From: an uncultured Bdellovibrionales bacterium
GTDB lineage: Bacteria; Bdellovibrionota; Bacteriovoracia; Bacteriovoracales; Bacteriovoracaceae
Assembly (NCBI GenBank): GCA_963976925.1
Contig: CAXBMT010000001.1
Location: forward strand, 1 to 37,872
DNA length: 37,872 nt
Direction: 5' to 3'
The notes under the pieces were generated by a model. It saw nothing but the letters and a program-made list of their open reading frames with translations. It did not search any database and was not told where the DNA came from. Both the position numbers and the translations under genes were made by a program. This document shows positions 34,010-37,872 of the stretch, one piece after another; positions within the stretch are counted from its first letter, which is position 1, and each line of letters opens with the position of its first letter.

Positions 34010-34984
34010 ATGAAAATTTTAGTATTAATGTCGATCTATTTACTCAGCTATAATTCTTTTGCCCAAAGTTTTATTAATGATCTTGGAGTTGGCTCCAACA
34101 ATGTTGCTTTACCCGATATGGCATCTGAAACAATTCAGAGAATTTCTGGTTCAAAAAAGATTTTTATCATTACAAATAACTCTTCTACATTTGCCAAAGG
34201 TGACTTTGTAACTTTGGTTAAAGGAACTAAGAGAGCAGTCCGAGCGGTTGTGGCCAAAAACGAGAATGGTATTGCCGGTATAAAAATTTTAAAAATCTAT
34301 TCTCTTTCTCTTTGGAATCAGCTTAAAGCTGGAAATGAGATTCAGGTTCTAAGAGGAGACGACAGTTTCTTTAATGTCCCAACAAGCACTGCAGACAGTG
34401 GCAATGTTCCAACTGAGCTTATTAAAGCTGAAGCTGACTTGTTTGATGAAACAACTGTTCTTGAAGACGATTCACTTTCCTTTGATGATAATTCGAAACG
34501 TGTTCTCAAAAATGATAATATTATCAGTCTCTCACTTGGCTTTATTGATGCTGGTAGTGAAGGTCGTGTCTCACAACCTAATGGCGCTTGGTCTTTTCAG
34601 ATCGAAGATAATATTTGGGTTGAGGCTTCTTACGGTCAAGGAATCATAAAAGGATATCCTTCATTAACCGGTGATATTGATACTAAAATTACTAACTTTT
34701 CTGTTAGGGCAAAGTACGCTATCACAGCTCCATTTGATTCATATGTTCTACCTTATATAGGTTATCAAATTGTTGGCGCAAGCTCTCCAGGGGCCGGCGA
34801 ACAAGACGAAGGTCAAACGCGCACTGAGGCTGAATTACAACAAGAGTTAGATGATGTTGAATCTCTTAAAAATTCAGGACCCGTTTTTGGTGTTACAGCT
34901 TTAAAAAGACTTGTCCCAGGTTGGTTTGTTAGAGCTGATCTAGGATCCGACCTTTTGGCAATCGGGTTTAGCCTTGAGTTTTAA
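34010..34984 (+). CDS. secreted protein with a C-terminal outer-membrane beta-barrel-like region
   Basis: I prefer the ATG at 34010, giving the signal peptide MKILVLMSIYLLSYNSFAQS. The track's 58-codon upstream extension runs through the divergent promoter region. The C-terminus has alternating hydrophobic strands and ends in ...AIGFSLEF (terminal Phe, typical of OMPs). Confidence 0.55.
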   Translation: MKILVLMSIYLLSYNSFAQSFINDLGVGSNNVALPDMASETIQRISGSKKIFIITNNSSTFAKGDFVTLVKGTKRAVRAVVAKNENGIAGIKILKIYSLSLWNQLKAGNEIQVLRGDDSFFNVPTSTADSGNVPTELIKAEADLFDETTVLEDDSLSFDDNSKRVLKNDNIISLSLGFIDAGSEGRVSQPNGAWSFQIEDNIWVEASYGQGIIKGYPSLTGDIDTKITNFSVRAKYAITAPFDSYVLPYIGYQIVGASSPGAGEQDEGQTRTEAELQQELDDVESLKNSGPVFGVTALKRLVPGWFVRADLGSDLLAIGFSLEF

Positions 34985-35135
34985 GATTATATTTTTATTA
35001 CTCTTTGCCTATGGCTGTGGCGTAAAGTCGCTTCCTACTGCACCGAAAGATTCAGCATACCCAAGTTATCAGTCTAAATTTATCACCAAAGAAAAGCCGG
35101 AAGCTAAACCGACACAAGCACCCAGTAATCAGTGA
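34974..35135 (+). CDS. small (53-codon) lipoprotein-like ORF not in the supplied ORF track
   Basis: Hand translation: (TTG)MSFKIIFLLLFAYGCGVKSLPTAPKDSAYPSYQSKFITKEKPEAKPTQAPSNQ*. It has a basic n-region, a hydrophobic core and a Cys after G (non-canonical lipobox AYGC). The start overlaps the upstream gene's stop, and its stop overlaps the folK GTG start (GTGA). Confidence 0.4.
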   Translation: MSFKIIFLLLFAYGCGVKSLPTAPKDSAYPSYQSKFITKEKPEAKPTQAPSNQ

Positions 35136-35596
35136 ATAAACTAGTTATTGCCCTTGGTTCAAATATTGGTAATAGTTTAAGTCATCTAGCCTTAGCTAAA
35201 ACAATGCTTGAAGAATTGTTTGGTCCAGCAGAAGCTTCAAGAATTTATAGCTCTAAAGCCGTCGACTATATTGATCAACCAAGTTTTTTTAATCAGGTCC
35301 TCTCTTTCGAACTTCCACGGATATGTGCTCATGACGTTCTTCAAAAGACTTTATTGTTAGAAAATAAGCTGGGCAGAGTTCGTAGTGTCAGATTCGGCCC
35401 AAGAACAATTGATATCGATTTATTGTTTTTTGGAGAGCAGATTATTCATACTGACAATTTAACAATCCCACATCCACGTTTTTTGCAGCGCAGTTTCGTT
35501 GTCTTGCCTCTTCTAGAACTATCAATCGCCAAATGGCTAAGAGCGTCCTACCAAATACCTGAGTATTTTGACGAACCGGCAACTCCTGTCGATTAA
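35132..35596 (+). CDS. folK: 2-amino-4-hydroxy-6-hydroxymethyldihydropteridine diphosphokinase (HPPK)
   Basis: Contains LVIALGSNIGN, SRIYSSKAVDYIDQPSFFNQV, GPRTIDIDLLFFG and LTIPHPRFLQRSFVVLPLLE, all canonical HPPK blocks. Confidence 0.9.
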   Translation: MNKLVIALGSNIGNSLSHLALAKTMLEELFGPAEASRIYSSKAVDYIDQPSFFNQVLSFELPRICAHDVLQKTLLLENKLGRVRSVRFGPRTIDIDLLFFGEQIIHTDNLTIPHPRFLQRSFVVLPLLELSIAKWLRASYQIPEYFDEPATPVD

Positions 35597-35623
35597 ATAT
35601 TCAGCTAAATTAGGTTATGCTAA

Positions 35624-35653
35624 TTGACCTAGATTACCATGCCTCTCTACAAT
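35624..35653 (+). promoter_or_regulatory. putative sigma70-type promoter for the acyl-CoA dehydrogenase/etfBA operon
   Basis: TTGACC (35624-35629), 18-nt spacer, TACAAT (35648-35653). Confidence 0.4.
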
Positions 35654-35669
35654 AGATTGTCACTTTTAA

Positions 35670-36827
35670 ATGGATGAAATAATGAACTTTGAGTACACCA
35701 CAGAGCAAAAAGAAATTAAAGAAACTACAATGAAGTTTGCTCGTGACGTCATGATGCCCAAAGCTGCAGAGTATGATCATAATGAAACTTTCCCAAAAGA
35801 TATTATTGATAAAGCTTGGGAGCTTGGTTTTTTAAATACATGTATCCCTGCTGAATTTGGTGGAGTTGGCTTCACTGCTGTCGATTCGATGATCATCACT
35901 GAGAGTCTTTCATACGGCTGCATGGGTATGAACACAGCAATCATGGCCAATGATCTCGCCCTTCTTCCAATTGTTATTGGTGGAAGTGACGAACAAAAGA
36001 AGAAGTTTTTAACACCATTTACTGAAAAACCTTTGATTGCTTCATTTTGTCTAACAGAACCAGGTAACGGCTCTGATGCTGCTGGACTTAAAACTACAGT
36101 CAAGGACGCCGGTGATCACTGGGTCGTGAACGGCGAAAAAATGTGGATAACAAACGCTGGCTTTGCAGATCTGTTTGTTGTCTATGCAACGATTGATCCT
36201 TCACTCAAGCACAAAGGAATTAGTGCAATTGTGATTGATCCTAAAGAATCAACTGGGATTGAAATCGGAAAGCCTGAAGAAAAGATGGGACACAAATGTT
36301 CTGACACTCGTGGTGTTCGTTTTAACAATGTAAAAGTTCCAAAAGAAAATATGCTAGGTAAACCAGGTGAAGGCTGGAAGATCGCAATGAAGACGCTTGA
36401 TCACTCTAGACCAATGGTTGCCTCGAGTGCTGTTGGCGGAGCTCAATGTGCTTTTGATTATAGCGCAAAGTACGCCAGCGAAAGACAACAGTTCGGTAAA
36501 CCTATTGCTTCATTTCAATCAATTCAATTTATGGTTGCCGAGATGGCAATGAAAATTGAGGCTGCAAGATTACTTGTTACTAAAGCCGCTTGGCTTGTTG
36601 ATAATAATCAACCCAACACACAACTAGCTTCTTATGCAAAAGCTTTCGCCGCAGATGCATGCATGCAAATTACAACTGACGCGGTTCAGATTTACGGAGG
36701 CTATGGCTATAGTAAAGAATACCCAGTAGAAAAGCTGATGAGAGATGCCAAACTTATTCAGATCTACGAAGGCACATCACAAATCCAAAGATTAGTTATC
36801 GCTAAAGAGATATTTTCAAGGAGTTAA
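35670..36827 (+). CDS. acyl-CoA dehydrogenase (short/medium-chain type)
   Basis: Contains FCLTEPGNGSDAAGLKT, GEKMWITNAG and IYEGTSQIQRLVIAKEI (catalytic Glu region). The true start may be the ATG at 35682 (MNFEYTTEQKE). Confidence 0.9.
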   Translation: MDEIMNFEYTTEQKEIKETTMKFARDVMMPKAAEYDHNETFPKDIIDKAWELGFLNTCIPAEFGGVGFTAVDSMIITESLSYGCMGMNTAIMANDLALLPIVIGGSDEQKKKFLTPFTEKPLIASFCLTEPGNGSDAAGLKTTVKDAGDHWVVNGEKMWITNAGFADLFVVYATIDPSLKHKGISAIVIDPKESTGIEIGKPEEKMGHKCSDTRGVRFNNVKVPKENMLGKPGEGWKIAMKTLDHSRPMVASSAVGGAQCAFDYSAKYASERQQFGKPIASFQSIQFMVAEMAMKIEAARLLVTKAAWLVDNNQPNTQLASYAKAFAADACMQITTDAVQIYGGYGYSKEYPVEKLMRDAKLIQIYEGTSQIQRLVIAKEIFSRS

Positions 36828-37618
36828 TGTTGAATATTTTTGTTTGCGTAAAGCAAGTTCCCGACACAGAAACTAAAGTTGTTCCAAATTCAGATGGAAC
36901 TTTTATCGAAACAAGCTCTATCAAGTGGATTATGAATCCATACGATGAATTTGCTGTTGAGCAAGCTCTTCTTGTAAAAGCTGCTAATGCTGGATCAACA
37001 GTTACTGTTGTTAGAGTTGGTGGCCCAAAAGACACTGAAGCACTAAGAACTGCCTTGGCCATGGGTGCTGATGAAGCAATTTTGGTTGAATCTGCTGATA
37101 ATCTAGATTCATACATGATTGCAAAAGCACTTAAAGGTGCTATCGACAAATCTGGTAAGTCAGCTGATCTAGTTTTTGCTGGTAAGCAAGCGATTGATGA
37201 TGACTGCTTACAAGTTCCCCAACTTCTAGTACAAATGCTCGATATACCATCTGTTTCAGTTGTTGTTGGTTTTGAAATGAACGGCACTAAGCTTAATCTT
37301 AAGCGTGAAATTGAAGGTGGATCAATTGAAGTTTACGAGGTTGACGGACCGGCACTAGTTGCTTGCAACAAGGGTATCAATACTCCTCGCTATGCTTCAC
37401 TCCCAGGAATCATGAAAGCGAAAAAGAAGCCAATGGCACAACACTCACTAGCTGATGTTGGTGTTACTGATGCTGATCGCAGAGTTAAGTATTCTGAGTT
37501 TAAACTTCCACCTGAAAAACCAGCCGGCAAAAAGTTTGAAGCCATGGAAGAGGGACAGCGCGCTGGTGTTGTTAAGGAAGTTGTTGGTCTACTTCGTAAT
37601 GAAGCTAAAGTTATTTAA
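36827..37618 (+). CDS. etfB: electron transfer flavoprotein beta subunit
   Basis: MLNIFVCVKQVPDTETKV...NPYDEFAVEQAL...DLVFAGKQAIDDDCLQVPQLLVQML is typical EtfB. The start overlaps the acd stop. Confidence 0.9.
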   Translation: MLNIFVCVKQVPDTETKVVPNSDGTFIETSSIKWIMNPYDEFAVEQALLVKAANAGSTVTVVRVGGPKDTEALRTALAMGADEAILVESADNLDSYMIAKALKGAIDKSGKSADLVFAGKQAIDDDCLQVPQLLVQMLDIPSVSVVVGFEMNGTKLNLKREIEGGSIEVYEVDGPALVACNKGINTPRYASLPGIMKAKKKPMAQHSLADVGVTDADRRVKYSEFKLPPEKPAGKKFEAMEEGQRAGVVKEVVGLLRNEAKVI

Positions 37619-37640
37619 TTAAATTTTTAAGGATATTATT

Positions 37641-37872
37641 ATGTCAAAAGTACTCGTATTAGCAGAGATTCAAGGTGATGATGTGAAGTCAGTTGCCTAT
37701 GAGATCCTAGGTAAACTTTCAGGACAAAATGTTGATGTTGCCGCTATTGGCTCAATCCCAGCTGGGGCTGCTGAAAAGCTAGCGAAGCATGGTGCAGAAA
37801 ATATTCAGTCACTTAAGAGATAAGCTTGATCACTACACACCAGAAGGTTGGTCTAATGCACTCAAAGGATTT
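37641..37872 (+). pseudogene. etfA: electron transfer flavoprotein alpha subunit, N-terminal part, with an apparent 1-nt frame disruption near 37816-37821 (runs off the window end)
   Basis: MSKVLVLAEIQGDDVKSVAYEILGKLSG...AEKLAKHGAENIQSLKR* stops at 37821-37823. The EtfA-like sequence continues in the +1 frame from 37819 as DKLDHYTPEGWSNALKGF to the window end. Confidence 0.5.

Noticed and set aside
144-37287. Many ORFs of 60-160 aa in the supplied track lie antisense to, or out of frame within, well-supported genes. Examples: 144..335, 717..914, 1111..1407, 4404..4619, 5032..5247, 9112..9297, 9851..10075, 10714..11049, 16043..16228, 16496..16690, 17257..17643, 18560..18766, 19752..20001, 20351..20545, 21800..22126, 34374..34649, 35777..36103 and 36802..37287.
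   Set aside because: Each lies fully inside a gene with strong family motifs on the other strand or frame. Their compositions are low-complexity (Ser/Leu/Cys/Arg-rich), they have no recognisable motifs and no ribosome-binding sites. They are typical shadow ORFs.
37806-37830. A programmed +1 ribosomal frameshift in etfA.
   Set aside because: The site (CTT AAG AGA TAA G) lacks a slippery P-site codon that could re-pair in +1, and it lacks an upstream SD-like stimulator like the one in prfB. No programmed frameshift is known for etfA. A sequencing error or mutation is the simpler explanation.
1-37872. CRISPR arrays, rRNA genes, IS elements, prophage genes, toxin-antitoxin pairs and long tandem or interspersed repeats.
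   Set aside because: I recognised none while reading both strands. The intergenic regions are short (mostly under 160 nt) and are accounted for by promoters and terminators. An exhaustive repeat search cannot be done by eye, so short dispersed repeats could have been missed.

Overview
This is an AT-rich, tightly packed bacterial chromosomal segment. Many genes have 1-4 nt start/stop overlaps, and several convergent gene pairs overlap at their 3' ends. I saw no rRNA, CRISPR array, transposase, integrase or phage genes. The gene content and style suggest a flagellated, Bdellovibrio-like or otherwise AT-rich proteobacterium, but that is inference only.

Gene order:
- flgK (5'-truncated by the window), flgL, csrA and fliW.
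- A minus-strand operon: TPR/SH3 membrane protein, cNMP-binding protein, AI-2E-family transporter, BamD, TPR protein.
- An arginine succinyltransferase block (AstC-like aminotransferase, astA, astD).
- An acidic hypothetical protein.
- tRNA-Asn(GUU) with its own promoter and terminator.
- A two-gene cassette of unknown role: a HExxH-motif protein and a multidomain class III nucleotide cyclase.
- An A-type Fe-S carrier and a YgfZ-like folate-binding protein fused to TPR repeats.
- An FHA protein.
- icmF (fused isobutyryl-CoA mutase) and a PduO-type adenosyltransferase.
- A 2x[4Fe-4S] ferredoxin.
- A minus-strand string: membrane protein, CHASE2 histidine kinase, sigma54-type response regulator, lspA, lgt.
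- An endonuclease IV-family protein.
- Three uncharacterised envelope-type genes.
- A small ferredoxin.
- A LysM lipoprotein, an M48-like lipoprotein lacking the HExxH motif, amgK and murU.
- A secreted beta-barrel-like protein, an untracked 53-codon lipoprotein-like ORF, and folK.
- Acyl-CoA dehydrogenase, etfB and etfA.

The best candidate for something undescribed is the tRNA-Asn-adjacent HExxH + SRPBCC/Zn-ribbon/cyclase pair. It may connect to the cNMP-binding protein that is translationally coupled to an AI-2E transporter in the same window. No known defence or mobile system can be called from sequence alone. The other main observations are an apparent 1-nt frame disruption in etfA, a terminator-like hairpin inside a signal-peptide coding region, and a catalytically degenerate M48-like lipoprotein in a putative peptidoglycan-salvage operon.
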